DNA of 64,000 nt from an uncultured Christensenellaceae bacterium (GCA_910586905.1 CAJUIV010000001.1:205773-269772); one strand, 5' to 3'; positions 21,069 to 30,676 are shown, numbered from the stretch's first letter. Notes: a model not told the origin generated them from the letters alone. A program made the numbers and translations.

Positions 21069-21713
21069 TTACTTGTTGCGTATGTTTGAACTTTGGACAA
21101 GCGAATATTCGCAGCCGCAGTAGTGCTGGCGGTACAATCCGTATTTGTTTGACAGACGTATGCTGTCAAGATATCCGCCGCGTTTTTTGAAGTCGGCGGA
21201 AAGCCATTTTACGTCGTCGGCTTGCAGGGAAAGCCCTATTTCGTTTAGTAGTTTGCTGTTTTTATACGGCGATACGCTAAGCGTTGTGCCGAACAGCTCG
21301 AAGCCGTTTGCTTGCGCGTAAGCGCAAGTATCCGCAAGCCTCAAATTGAAACACGTTGTACATCTTGCTCCGCCTTCGCGCTCGTTTTCCTGTCCGCGTA
21401 CTGCATTGTAGAATTTGTCGGCGTTAAACGTACAAGTTACGAGCTTTAACGGGCGTAACGGCTGCGTTTCAAATTGACCGCCGTTTACAATATCTACAAG
21501 TTTACGGAGTTCGTCCAAACGCTTTTGCCACTCGGCGTTGTCTGTTATGTTATCGTTAGCGTAGTATAGCGTTACGTCGAAATACGGCAATACGCGCGTT
21601 AAGCAGTACGTCGAGCAGGGCGCGCAGCATGCATGCAACAATAGCCTGGGCGGATTGCCCGAATCGACGGTTTTTATATATTGTTCAAACATCAAATCGT
21701 AATTAACGTTCAT
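21069..21713 (-). CDS. queH: epoxyqueuosine reductase QueH (DUF208 family)
   Basis: 214 aa. It has PRLLLHACCAPCSTYCL and the C-terminal RQHYCGCEYS Cys motifs typical of QueH. Confidence 0.85.
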   Translation of the reverse strand: MNVNYDLMFEQYIKTVDSGNPPRLLLHACCAPCSTYCLTRVLPYFDVTLYYANDNITDNAEWQKRLDELRKLVDIVNGGQFETQPLRPLKLVTCTFNADKFYNAVRGQENEREGGARCTTCFNLRLADTCAYAQANGFELFGTTLSVSPYKNSKLLNEIGLSLQADDVKWLSADFKKRGGYLDSIRLSNKYGLYRQHYCGCEYSLVQSSNIRNK

Positions 21714-21719
21714 AATAAT

Positions 21720-21748
21720 ATTTTACAGTAATTTATCCGTCAATGCAA
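21720..21748 (-). promoter_or_regulatory. sigma-A-type promoter for queH, with leaderless geometry
   Basis: On the minus strand: TTGCAT (21748-21743), 17-nt spacer, TAAAAT (21725-21720). Six nt (ATTATT) follow before ATG 21713, with no Shine-Dalgarno. Confidence 0.45.
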
Positions 21749-21865
21749 TAGGTTTTAATAAATATGATTTCGCTATACCGTAAGACGTACGATAAGATTG
21801 ATGAAATAATGTTGCACGGCTTAGACTTGTATGCTAAAATACAATCGGTTGCAAAGGAGTAAGAA

Positions 21866-22270
21866 ATGTTGTGGGAAATCTTATTGATTTTGGTAGCGCT
21901 TCCGATTTTAGAAGGGATAGGCTGGCTTATCGCCGATGCGATAGAAGCGCGCGTTACTTGGAAACCGTTTAAAAAGCTATACGAACAAGCGGCAGAAAAT
22001 TCCACGCCGGATAATTTTATCGTATTAGTAAATAGAGATGAAAAAAGCGTCATACTATTTGGAATTGTCTGTTGCGCGATAGTTGCCGTATTGGGCGTTG
22101 TCGGTTCGCTTGTTTGTTATTTTGCGCAAAACAATCATCGGGACGCTTCGATAATAGGACTTGTATTCGAAAGCATAACTTTACCTGCGCTTACGGTTCT
22201 TATACATTACTATTCCCGTAAAATATTTGTTTCGCAAGACGTTTTTTTTGATAAAGTCGGCAATCGTTAA
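21866..22270 (+). CDS. hypothetical membrane protein; the frame ends just after a T8 run
   Basis: 134 aa with AAAGGAG upstream and three hydrophobic helices. The stop comes 7 codons after T8 (22242-22249). Confidence 0.55.
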   Translation: MLWEILLILVALPILEGIGWLIADAIEARVTWKPFKKLYEQAAENSTPDNFIVLVNRDEKSVILFGIVCCAIVAVLGVVGSLVCYFAQNNHRDASIIGLVFESITLPALTVLIHYYSRKIFVSQDVFFDKVGNR

Positions 22271-22457
22271 AAAGAAAATAAATACCGACAGTATACGCTC
22301 TGTAGACGAAATAAAAGTGGAATTTCGTAAACAGTTGAGGATATACTGTAAAAACACAAAAATAATATTGAAAGACACCGCGCTGAATTATGATTATTTA
22401 AGAAACTATTTCGAGAAAAAAGGATTATTGAAAGAAGACGACGAAGAAATAAAATAA
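22227..22457 (+). CDS. hypothetical ORF, probably the out-of-frame C-terminal continuation of the preceding gene
   Basis: 76-aa ORF starting at TTG with no Shine-Dalgarno. It overlaps 21866-22270 across the T8 run and encodes a charged soluble tail. Confidence 0.3.
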   Translation: MFRKTFFLIKSAIVKKKINTDSIRSVDEIKVEFRKQLRIYCKNTKIILKDTALNYDYLRNYFEKKGLLKEDDEEIK

Positions 22458-22482
22458 GGCTCGATACGAGCCTTATTTTTTT
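22456..22482. terminator. bidirectional terminator overlapping two stop codons
   Basis: AAGGCTCG-ata-CGAGCCTT followed by ATTTTTTT. The stem contains stop 22455-22457 (+) and stop 22473-22475 (-). Confidence 0.75.
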
Positions 22483-23066
22483 ATTCGTATTCTAAGCGGT
22501 ATGCCAAGTTTATCCGCAAGTTTTTGACATTCGGCAACGTCCGATTCGCCTATGCTGTCTACTACGGAAAATACGACGTTTCCGCCGCGCTGTTTGCACA
22601 ATTTGGCAAATTCTATCAGTGCGTCGTAAGCTTTTTCTCCGAATTTACTTCGGCAATGCCGTTGATATTTTTGCGCGTTACATTCGTTAAGCGAAACGTT
22701 TATAACGTCGCAGCTTGTTACAATAACGTCGGTAACGTCTTGTCCGTGTATAAGGTTTGCTTGACCGTTTGTGTTTATGCGCGTGGTTTTGTCTATGCAG
22801 TGCAGATAACTGGCTACTTCGTCCAGCGTTTCGAGGTTATAAGTCGGTTCGCCGTATCCGCAAAATACGATTTCGGAGTCAAAGTCGTCCAAGTTTTGCG
22901 GCAGCTGCTCGATAACGTCTTCCGCCGTAGGCTCTTCCTTTATCCACAGCACCTGTCCGTCCATATCTTTGTGGTCGCGGCGGATGCAAAAGTCGCAGTT
23001 ATTCGTGCAGCGGTTCGTCAGATTGATATATATTTTATTTTCGAGTATGTAAACGTAAGTGTCCAT
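22473..23066 (-). CDS. TatD-associated radical SAM protein
   Basis: 197 aa. It carries NLTNRCTNNCDFCIRR (CX3CX2C) and lies 4 nt downstream of the TatD gene on the same strand. Confidence 0.75.
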   Translation of the reverse strand: MDTYVYILENKIYINLTNRCTNNCDFCIRRDHKDMDGQVLWIKEEPTAEDVIEQLPQNLDDFDSEIVFCGYGEPTYNLETLDEVASYLHCIDKTTRINTNGQANLIHGQDVTDVIVTSCDVINVSLNECNAQKYQRHCRSKFGEKAYDALIEFAKLCKQRGGNVVFSVVDSIGESDVAECQKLADKLGIPLRIRIKK

Positions 23067-23070
23067 AATT

Positions 23071-23841
23071 TTATCTTTTAATTCTGTTAAATAATTTAAG
23101 CGTATTTTCTCTTATTTGTCTTTCCGTTTGTAATAAATCTTTGCCGTAAATTTCCGCAATCTTGCCGACAATCAACGCGATGTTATAAGGTGTGTTGATT
23201 GTTCCGCGCAAAGGGACTGGCGCCATATACGGACTGTCCGTTTCCGACAGAATACGGTCGAACGGAATTGCGTTCAGCACTTCCGCTTTATTGGCGTTTT
23301 TGAAAGTAATAGCTCCGCCGAAAGCGAAGTAATGCCCCTGTCTTGCGGCTTGCTTTGCAAATTCCGCGCTGCCCGAATAGCAGTGCCACAAAACGCCGCT
23401 GTTCAAATATTTTTTTTGCGCGGATAAAATATCCCACGCATCGCCGTACGCGTCGCGTATATGCAAAGTTATAGGTAATTCCAACTTGTCGGCGATTTCT
23501 ATTTGTTCGGCAAAAACGTCTTTTTGCGTTTGTCTGTCTGATAAATCGTAGTAGTAATCGAGTCCTATTTCGCCGACCGCTACAACCTTGGGATTTTGCG
23601 CAAGTTCGCTCACCGAACGGCGGAACTTGTCGTCGAAATCTTTGCTTTCGTGCGGGTGCATTCCAACAGTTGCGTATACGTTTTCGTACTTGTCCGCAAG
23701 CGCGACGGAATCGAGCATGGACTGATAATTGCAGCTGTTGTTTATTACGAATTCTATATTATGCGCCGATAGCCCGTTTATTATTTCGTCCGCTTTTTCA
23801 CGCAGTTTTTCATCGTCAAGGTGCAAATGGCTGTCAATCAT
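23071..23841 (-). CDS. tatD: TatD-family metal-dependent hydrolase (YabD-like)
   Basis: 256 aa. It has the MIDSHLHLD N-terminal His motif, GEIGLDYYY and ETDSPYMAP. Its start overlaps the metG stop. Confidence 0.9.
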   Translation of the reverse strand: MIDSHLHLDDEKLREKADEIINGLSAHNIEFVINNSCNYQSMLDSVALADKYENVYATVGMHPHESKDFDDKFRRSVSELAQNPKVVAVGEIGLDYYYDLSDRQTQKDVFAEQIEIADKLELPITLHIRDAYGDAWDILSAQKKYLNSGVLWHCYSGSAEFAKQAARQGHYFAFGGAITFKNANKAEVLNAIPFDRILSETDSPYMAPVPLRGTINTPYNIALIVGKIAEIYGKDLLQTERQIRENTLKLFNRIKR

Positions 23842-25766
23842 CAGCGTACTACCTTTCCGCTTTCAACGTCTTTTTCGGGCGTAACGAATACGACTTTTCC
23901 GTCGTCGTCGCAGCACAAAATCATACCGTTGCTTTCTACACCGCGTATTTTTGCGGGTTTAAGGTTTTTAACCAGTACTACTGATTTTCCTATCATATAT
24001 TCGGGTGCATAGTGCTGCGCTATTCCGCTGACGACCTGACGTACTTCGTTTCCCACTTGCAGCTTAAACATGAGTAACTTGTCGCTTTTAGCAACTTTTT
24101 CGCAGGAAATGACTTTTGCCGTAACCAGTTTAACTTTGGCAAAGTCGTTTATGTCTATTAAATCGTCGGAGGGTTTTTCGTCCGCTTTGTTTTCGCTTTG
24201 TTCTGCGGCTATTTCGTCCAGCGCTTTAAGTTCTTTGTCGACATCCAAGCGGTTAAACAGATTTTCGCCTTTTATTACGGTAGTTCCATCTTTGATTCCG
24301 CCGAATTTAACTACGCCGTCGAAGTTATCCGGACTTGAAATGCCGATTTTTTCAAAAATCGTATTTGATGTTTTAGTAATAAAAGGTTTAAGCAGCGTGG
24401 CAGCAAAACGTATACACTCGCAAAGAACGTACATCACGGTTGCAAGGCGGTCTTTCTCTCCTTGTTTGTTCAGAGTCCAAGGGGCGGTTTCATCGATATA
24501 CTTGTTTGCGCGCTGTACTATTTTGAATATATCGCACAACGCGTCAGGCGCGGATAGAGCGTCCATATCTTTACGAACTTTAACAAGAGCGCCTTCGCAT
24601 AATGCAATCAGTTCCTTGTCTAATTCGTCGTATTCGTTAGGTTTAGGTATCGTACCGCCGAAATATTGCGTAACCATTGCGGTGGTTCGGCTTACGAGAT
24701 TCCCCAGGTCGTTTACCAAATCGGCGTTTGTACGCGTTAAAAGCGCTTCGTTAGTGTACGTGCCGTCGCTGCCGAAGGGTATTTCGCGTAGTAAGAAATA
24801 ACGTATCGGATCCACTCCGTAACGTTTAACAAGGAAGAACGGATCGACAACGTTTCCCTTAGACTTGCTCATTTTGTCGTCTCCGAACAACAGCCAACCG
24901 TGTCCGTAGACTTTTTTAGGCAGAGGTAAATTCAACGCCATAAGCAATGCGGGCCATATGATGGTGTGAAAGCGTACTATTTCTTTCCCTACCATATGCA
25001 AGTCTGCCGGCCAATATTTCTCGAAGTTTTCGTGGTTTGGTTGAAGGTATCCCAGCGCGGTAACGTAGTTTGTCAGCGCGTCAACCCAAACGTATGCGAC
25101 GTGTTTAGGGTCGAACGGCAATTTGACTCCCCAGTCGAAAGTGGTGCGCGATATGCAGAGGTCTTTTAGCCCCGGTTTGATAAAATTGTTTATCATCTCG
25201 TTCATACGCGATTTCGGACTTATAAAGTCAGGGTTTTCTTCGTAAAATTTGATGAGTCTGTCTTGATATTTGGAAAGACGGAAAAAGTAACTTTCTTCTT
25301 TCTGTTTTACTACTTTGCGTCCGCAATCGGGACATTTTCCGTCAACGAGTTGACTCTCCGTCCAAAAAGCTTCGCAAGGCGTACAGTACAGTCCTTCGTA
25401 TTCCGACTTATATATATCGCCGCTTTCAAGCAGTTTTTCGTATATTTTTTGTACGGTTTTTTCGTGATAGCCGTCGGTGGTGCGAATAAATTTGTCGTAA
25501 CTTATATCTAAAGTTTTCCACAAATCTACGATTTGAGCGTAAAGTCCGTCTACAAATTGTTTGGGAGTAACGCCCGCTTTTTCGGCGCGCTGCTGAACTT
25601 TTTGCCCGTGTTCGTCCGTTCCCGTCAAATAAAAAACGTCGAATCCGTCCATGCGTTTGAAACGCGCTATCGCGTCGCAAATAACGGTCGTGTAACAATG
25701 TCCCAAATGGAAGTTTCCGCTGGAGTAGTATATCGGCGTTGTGATATAGTATTTTTTTTCGTTCAT
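23841..25766 (-). CDS. metG: methionine--tRNA ligase
   Basis: The start is moved to ATG 25766, preceded by AAAGGAG. It has the HLGH motif (GNFHLGHCYT), KMSKSKGN, a CPDC zinc knuckle and a C-terminal EMAP-type tRNA-binding domain. Confidence 0.95.
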   Translation of the reverse strand: MNEKKYYITTPIYYSSGNFHLGHCYTTVICDAIARFKRMDGFDVFYLTGTDEHGQKVQQRAEKAGVTPKQFVDGLYAQIVDLWKTLDISYDKFIRTTDGYHEKTVQKIYEKLLESGDIYKSEYEGLYCTPCEAFWTESQLVDGKCPDCGRKVVKQKEESYFFRLSKYQDRLIKFYEENPDFISPKSRMNEMINNFIKPGLKDLCISRTTFDWGVKLPFDPKHVAYVWVDALTNYVTALGYLQPNHENFEKYWPADLHMVGKEIVRFHTIIWPALLMALNLPLPKKVYGHGWLLFGDDKMSKSKGNVVDPFFLVKRYGVDPIRYFLLREIPFGSDGTYTNEALLTRTNADLVNDLGNLVSRTTAMVTQYFGGTIPKPNEYDELDKELIALCEGALVKVRKDMDALSAPDALCDIFKIVQRANKYIDETAPWTLNKQGEKDRLATVMYVLCECIRFAATLLKPFITKTSNTIFEKIGISSPDNFDGVVKFGGIKDGTTVIKGENLFNRLDVDKELKALDEIAAEQSENKADEKPSDDLIDINDFAKVKLVTAKVISCEKVAKSDKLLMFKLQVGNEVRQVVSGIAQHYAPEYMIGKSVVLVKNLKPAKIRGVESNGMILCCDDDGKVVFVTPEKDVESGKVVR

Positions 25767-26242
25767 ATTTTCTCCTTTCACAGAGCTAATGAAACTCTGT
25801 AATTGTTTTAAACTTGTTTTTTATTTTAACATTCTTACACGGTTTTGTAAACAACTTACGGTATGACAGAGTTTAAAACGATTGAAAAAATCGTTTTCGT
25901 TGGACTAGAAAAGGAGCTAGAATAATGTCGGCGTTTACAAGTTTGACTAGGACGGCAATATTACCGGCAGAGAAGAAATACAAGGTATGGAAAGCGTATT
26001 GCAAAACAAACGGGTAACGTTGATTTTCACCGAATTCAAGGACGACTTAGAATTGTTGCCTAAAATATCAACGTCTGCCGAGACTGTTCGGCAGTCGTTT
26101 TACTTTAGAGTAAGATTATTTTAATTACTAAACGTCTTTGCAGCTAAGCGGCGTAACGAACGTCGTTATTATTTTAGTTGCGTACGGAAAAAGTCGGCGT
26201 TAATTATCGAATAGTTAAAGCTCGCGTTCAATACAATAAAAT

Positions 26243-26800
26243 ATGAATATCGTTTGGACAACCGTTACCGTCGCGGCAATAATCGCGTTAATATTCAAAG
26301 ACCCGTCGAGCGTTTTGACCGTTTGCGTGGACAGCTCGGCGCAGGCGCTTACCACCGCGTTGGGTTTATGCGGAGTATATTGTTTGTGGCTTGGGATATT
26401 CCGCGTTGCGGAAGAGTGCAAACTCGTTGAAAAACTTTCCAAGTGTTTCAATAAACTCAACAAACTTTTGTACGGTAATATAAGCGAGGCAGCCTGCGCT
26501 TACGTGTCGCTCAATCTTGCCTCGAATCTTCTCGGCATAGGTAACGCCGCTACTCCGTCGGCGATTTCGGCTATAAAGGAAATGGAACACGACGAAAAAC
26601 TTTCCCGCGCGGGAGCGATGCTGTTCGTAGTAAACGCGACGAGCGTACAGCTGCTGCCGACAACGGTTATCGGCTTGCGCGCTTCGTTAGGCTCGGTTAA
26701 TCCCAGCGACATAATATTGCCTAACTTTATTGCGACAGTTATAACGTCCGTCATAGGCGTCGCTTTGGTTTTTGTAGCGTACGGAAGACCGAAAAAATGA
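26243..26800 (+). CDS. spmA: spore maturation protein A (nucleoside-recognition/Gate domain)
   Basis: 185-aa membrane protein. Its stop overlaps the spmB start. The sequence pattern ...LNLASNLLGIGNAATPSAISAIKEM... is typical of SpmA. Confidence 0.8.
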   Translation: MNIVWTTVTVAAIIALIFKDPSSVLTVCVDSSAQALTTALGLCGVYCLWLGIFRVAEECKLVEKLSKCFNKLNKLLYGNISEAACAYVSLNLASNLLGIGNAATPSAISAIKEMEHDEKLSRAGAMLFVVNATSVQLLPTTVIGLRASLGSVNPSDIILPNFIATVITSVIGVALVFVAYGRPKK

Positions 26801-27300
26801 ATTACGTCGTTCCTGTCGCTTTAATATTGGTTTTTATATACGGACTTATCAAAAAAGTCAACGTTTACGACAGCTTCGTATTGGGAGCTAAAAAATCTTT
26901 CGATTTGTCTCTGTCTGTTTTTCCGTACCTTGCCGCAATGTTTATTATGGTAAATTGCCTGAGAGCGAGCGGTTTGGATTTTTATATTATCCGTTTTCTT
27001 TCTCCGCCGTTTAAGCTGCTGGGCGTTCCAAGCGAAGTTGTGGAACTTATGTTGCTGCGCCCTTTTTCCGGCAGCGGCAGTTTGGCGATATTAACCGACG
27101 TATACAAGCAATACGGAGTAGACAGTTACGTTGGGCGATGCGCTTCTGTAATCATGGGCAGCAGCGAAACGGTTTTTTACGTGGCGAGCGTTTATTTTGC
27201 GGGAACGCGCGTTAAGCGTACGGGATTCGCCGTACCGATAGCGCTTTTTTGTAATTTGGTAGGAGGAGTGGCCGCTTGTTTGTTATGTAAAGTTATTTGA
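26797..27300 (+). CDS. spmB: spore maturation protein B
   Basis: 167-aa membrane protein overlapping spmA by 4 nt. It contains ...RPFSGSGSLAILTD... Confidence 0.8.
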   Translation: MNYVVPVALILVFIYGLIKKVNVYDSFVLGAKKSFDLSLSVFPYLAAMFIMVNCLRASGLDFYIIRFLSPPFKLLGVPSEVVELMLLRPFSGSGSLAILTDVYKQYGVDSYVGRCASVIMGSSETVFYVASVYFAGTRVKRTGFAVPIALFCNLVGGVAACLLCKVI

Positions 27301-27421
27301 TTCGATTTTCGGGATATTTCAGTGCTTGACGCGTCAGTTAACCTCGGTTAAAGCATTGCGTATTATATCGGTCGGATTATTAAAAAAGCTTCCGCGCTTC
27401 CGAATGAGAATTCAGCAGTCG

Positions 27422-27449
27422 AACAACGTTTGATTGGCAGTTGTTTTTT
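27422..27449 (+). terminator. rho-independent terminator after spmB
   Basis: AACAAC-12 nt-GTTGTT running into a T-rich tract. Confidence 0.4.
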
Positions 27450-27558
27450 GCGGGTATTACAACTTTACAAAAACATACAAAATATTGCTTTTCATTACAA
27501 AAGAATCAGTAGTATTGGTTGTACTATTGCATATACACCAATAATCGGAGATTGAACT

Positions 27559-29817
27559 ATGAAACGCAAACTTTCCGCTAAAACAATTTTGCTTTACGTA
27601 ACCTACGTCGCTCTGTCCGTCGCGTCCGGCGGTGTTTTCGACGGCGCTTTGTCATTCGGTTTGTTCGTAGGCGCGTTGTATTCCGCAAATCCGTTGATTG
27701 CGTCTTTTATTTACGTCGTAAGTTCTATAGCGTACGGATGGGGCAGTTTGCTGCAAGCCGGCGTGAGAGCAGCCGTTATGCTTATGTTTTGGGGTATACA
27801 CAAACTAGCCAAGCGTAAAATAGGCAAACTCAATTTATTGCTTTATCTGGTATCGGCAAACGTTTTTTACTGCGCGTTTAGGTTTAAAGATTATTTCGAT
27901 TTGTTCGACAGATTGCTTTACGTTGCTTGCGGAATAGCTTTTTCATACGTAGCTATTTACGTTTTCCGAGCCGTATTCGTACGAGGTCTTGCGTACCGTC
28001 CCGCGCTTGACGAAACGATATGCATAGCGCTTTTTACAATCGCGACGTCTTACTGTTTTTCGCAGCTTTCGTTTTGGGGTTTGCAGCTTATTTATTTTTT
28101 CGCTCCTTTTGCGATTTTGTTTTGCGTAGTATGTTTCGGCGCGGAAACCGCGCTCATAACGTCGATACTATTGGGAGCGGGCAATATATTATCGACGGGA
28201 AGTTACGAGTGCTGCGTATTTTGCGTTATAGCGGCGCTTGCAGCGGTAACTACGTCGAAACTCAATAGGTTTCTTGCCGCGTTGTCCGTTGTAGTGGTGG
28301 ACGTTTTGATGTCGTTCTTTCTTAATTTACACGGAGAAATAGATACCGTCGCTTTTGTTCCCACTTTGGTTTCGACTTTGGTTTTCGTTGTTATTCCCAC
28401 TTCCGTATATAACTACGTTAGAGATTATAGCTGCGGCAGCGCCGACAGATATCTGGGTAAAAGCGTGGCGAAAAAGATAGGCGATAACGTGTCTCGGCGT
28501 TTGTACAGATTATCCGATATATTTTTATCTATGAAAAACGCGTTTTTTACAATGTCCGCAGGGCACGTAACCAACGAGGAAGCGGAAATTTCCATAGTTA
28601 AGCAGTGCAGCGAATCTGTGTGCAGAGACTGTGAACAGCGCGCAAAGTGTTGGAGGCAGAACATAAATCAAACGGAGCAAAGTTTACTTAAATTATCGGG
28701 CTGTGCTGTTAAAAGAGGTAAATGCACGATTTTGGACGTTCCGCAAACGCTGTCAGTAAAATGCGATAGAGTATCGGCAATGCTGGCGGAGGTTAACGCT
28801 CAGGCAAAGGTTTTCCGAGAATACGTCGACCGCGCCGAACAGGCGGATAACGGCAAAACGCTTCTCGGAGAACAAATGGGCGGCGTGTCCGATTTGCTTA
28901 TGCAGCTTGCTACGGATTGCAAAAACCGCACTTACTACGACCACGACAAAGAAAAAGAACTTGTAGAGCGATTGGTTTTTCACAATATAATGTGCGTCGG
29001 AGCGACTATTTTGCAGCAGTCTAACAAACTTATAGTAGTTGCGACGATATCTAAAAAGGACGTGGACAACGCTTTAATCGAAAAGGTTGTGTCGTCGCTC
29101 GTTAAACAAACAATGGTTATCGACAAAATAGAAAATACCGACAGCGTATCGTGGGTAAACGTTTATTTATCAGTGAAACCGCGTTTCGAAGTTACGTTCG
29201 GCGTTAGTTCCGTAGCGAAAGACGGAAACGAAATTTCCGGCGATACCCATTCCGTAATACGTACCGACAACGGCAAATGTATCGTGGCTTTATGCGACGG
29301 TATGGGCAGCGGCGACAAAGCCGAGCAGATGTCTGCGACTTCCATAAATCTCGTGGAAAGTTTTTACCGCGCCGGATTTGACAGCGACGTTATTTTGTCC
29401 TGCGTTAACAAACTACTCAGCAGCAGCGGCAACGAAATATTTTGCGCGGTAGATATAGCAGTATTGGATATGTTCGACGGAACCGCGGATTTTATAAAAT
29501 TGGGCGCCTCGGTTGGGTTTGTCAAATGCGGCGACAAGGTGGAAATAATCACAAGCAGCAGTTTACCACTCGGCGTATTGGAGGAAATGAAACCGTCGGT
29601 AACGAAAAAAGCGCTGTCAAGCGGCGACGTTATAGTTTTGCTCAGCGACGGCGTTGCGGACTGTTTTAAAGATCCTAACGCGTTGGCGTCCGTATTTTCC
29701 AACGTATCGCTTAACGTTCCGCAAAGCATAGCCGAAGTTATTTTAAATAAAGCGGTTAAACTCAGCAATAACAAACATAACGACGACATGACGGTTTTAG
29801 TAGCAAAACTGTCGTAG
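27559..29817 (+). CDS. spoIIE: stage II sporulation protein E (PP2C phosphatase with N-terminal polytopic membrane domain)
   Basis: 752 aa. About ten N-terminal TM helices are followed by a C-terminal PP2C domain (GDTHSVIRTDNGKCIVALCDGMGSGDKA ... DDMTVLVAKL). Confidence 0.9.
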   Translation: MKRKLSAKTILLYVTYVALSVASGGVFDGALSFGLFVGALYSANPLIASFIYVVSSIAYGWGSLLQAGVRAAVMLMFWGIHKLAKRKIGKLNLLLYLVSANVFYCAFRFKDYFDLFDRLLYVACGIAFSYVAIYVFRAVFVRGLAYRPALDETICIALFTIATSYCFSQLSFWGLQLIYFFAPFAILFCVVCFGAETALITSILLGAGNILSTGSYECCVFCVIAALAAVTTSKLNRFLAALSVVVVDVLMSFFLNLHGEIDTVAFVPTLVSTLVFVVIPTSVYNYVRDYSCGSADRYLGKSVAKKIGDNVSRRLYRLSDIFLSMKNAFFTMSAGHVTNEEAEISIVKQCSESVCRDCEQRAKCWRQNINQTEQSLLKLSGCAVKRGKCTILDVPQTLSVKCDRVSAMLAEVNAQAKVFREYVDRAEQADNGKTLLGEQMGGVSDLLMQLATDCKNRTYYDHDKEKELVERLVFHNIMCVGATILQQSNKLIVVATISKKDVDNALIEKVVSSLVKQTMVIDKIENTDSVSWVNVYLSVKPRFEVTFGVSSVAKDGNEISGDTHSVIRTDNGKCIVALCDGMGSGDKAEQMSATSINLVESFYRAGFDSDVILSCVNKLLSSSGNEIFCAVDIAVLDMFDGTADFIKLGASVGFVKCGDKVEIITSSSLPLGVLEEMKPSVTKKALSSGDVIVLLSDGVADCFKDPNALASVFSNVSLNVPQSIAEVILNKAVKLSNNKHNDDMTVLVAKLS

Positions 29818-29854
29818 GCGCGCATACAATGTATCGTCTGTAAAGGAGATACGC

Positions 29855-30454
29855 GTGCAACAGTATTTTATCGACGATACGGTTATTGTGGGCGACAACG
29901 TTAAAATCGAACCGTTTGCCGTCATCAAAGGCAAAACGGTTTTGGGCGACGGCTGCGTTGTGGGAAGCTTCAGTTATTTGAAAAACGCCGTGATAGGCGC
30001 GAACACGGTCGTTAAATCCTCTCGGATATGCGACAGCATCGTAGGAAGCGATTGTTCTGTCGGTCCGAACGCTCATTTGCGAGATAACGCGCGCGTGGGT
30101 GATTGCTGCCGAGTCGGCAATTTTGTGGAAATTAAAAAAAGTACGTTGCAAAACGGCGTGAAGGCAAGTCATTTGGCGTATATCGGGGATGCGTTCGTGG
30201 GTAGAAATACGAATATAGGCTGCGGGGTTATTTTCGTCAACTACGACGGTAAGGAAAAACACAAAACGACGGTAGGCGAAAATTGTTTTATAGGATGTAA
30301 CGCTAATTTGGTCGCGCCGCTTTATATAGGCGACGGTTGCTTCGTCGCTTGCGGTACCACGGTGGATAAGGACGTTCCCGACGGAGCGTTTAGTATAGGG
30401 CGCAGCTATTTGACAGTAAAAGAGGGCAAGGCTAAAAAATATCTTAAAAAATAA
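29855..30454 (+). CDS. stand-alone left-handed beta-helix acetyltransferase resembling the GlmU C-terminal domain
   Basis: 199 aa with a GTG start. It has hexapeptide repeats and the GlmU-like stretch VGNFVEIKKSTLQNGVKASHLAYIGDAFVG...NYDGKEKHKTTVG. No N-terminal nucleotidyltransferase domain is present. Confidence 0.7.
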   Translation: MQQYFIDDTVIVGDNVKIEPFAVIKGKTVLGDGCVVGSFSYLKNAVIGANTVVKSSRICDSIVGSDCSVGPNAHLRDNARVGDCCRVGNFVEIKKSTLQNGVKASHLAYIGDAFVGRNTNIGCGVIFVNYDGKEKHKTTVGENCFIGCNANLVAPLYIGDGCFVACGTTVDKDVPDGAFSIGRSYLTVKEGKAKKYLKK

Positions 30455-30647
30455 TTTTTAAAAATATATATACCTTTAATGATACGTCGGCGTTAACTCA
30501 ATGCGCGGCGTATTTTAAATTTTAACGAAATAACCCATAAATTATCATTTTTGATAATAACTAAAACAATGGTATAACATTTAAAAGAAAAACGCGATTA
30601 TAGCGGCTTTTTTATATAAGGCTGAAAAATATAGTACTTTCATTTTC

Positions 30648-30676
30648 TTGTCAAACAACCTATAAAGTGTTAAAAT
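30648..30676 (+). promoter_or_regulatory. sigma-A-type promoter for the surface-locus operon
   Basis: TTGTCA (30648-30653), 17-nt spacer, TGtTAAAAT (-10 box at 30671-30676). It lies about 120 nt upstream of ATG 30797. Confidence 0.45.

Noticed and set aside
25782-25924. A T-box leader upstream of metG (minus strand)
   Set aside because: Only generic hairpins are present (CAGAG-n9-CTCTG next to the RBS, and a 9-bp AT-rich hairpin). No T-box sequence or stem I features were found.
27417-27423. A Spo0A-box-like AGTCGAA upstream of spoIIE
   Set aside because: It is a single 6-of-7 match to TGTCGAA. It overlaps the spmB terminator hairpin, which is not enough to call a 0A box.
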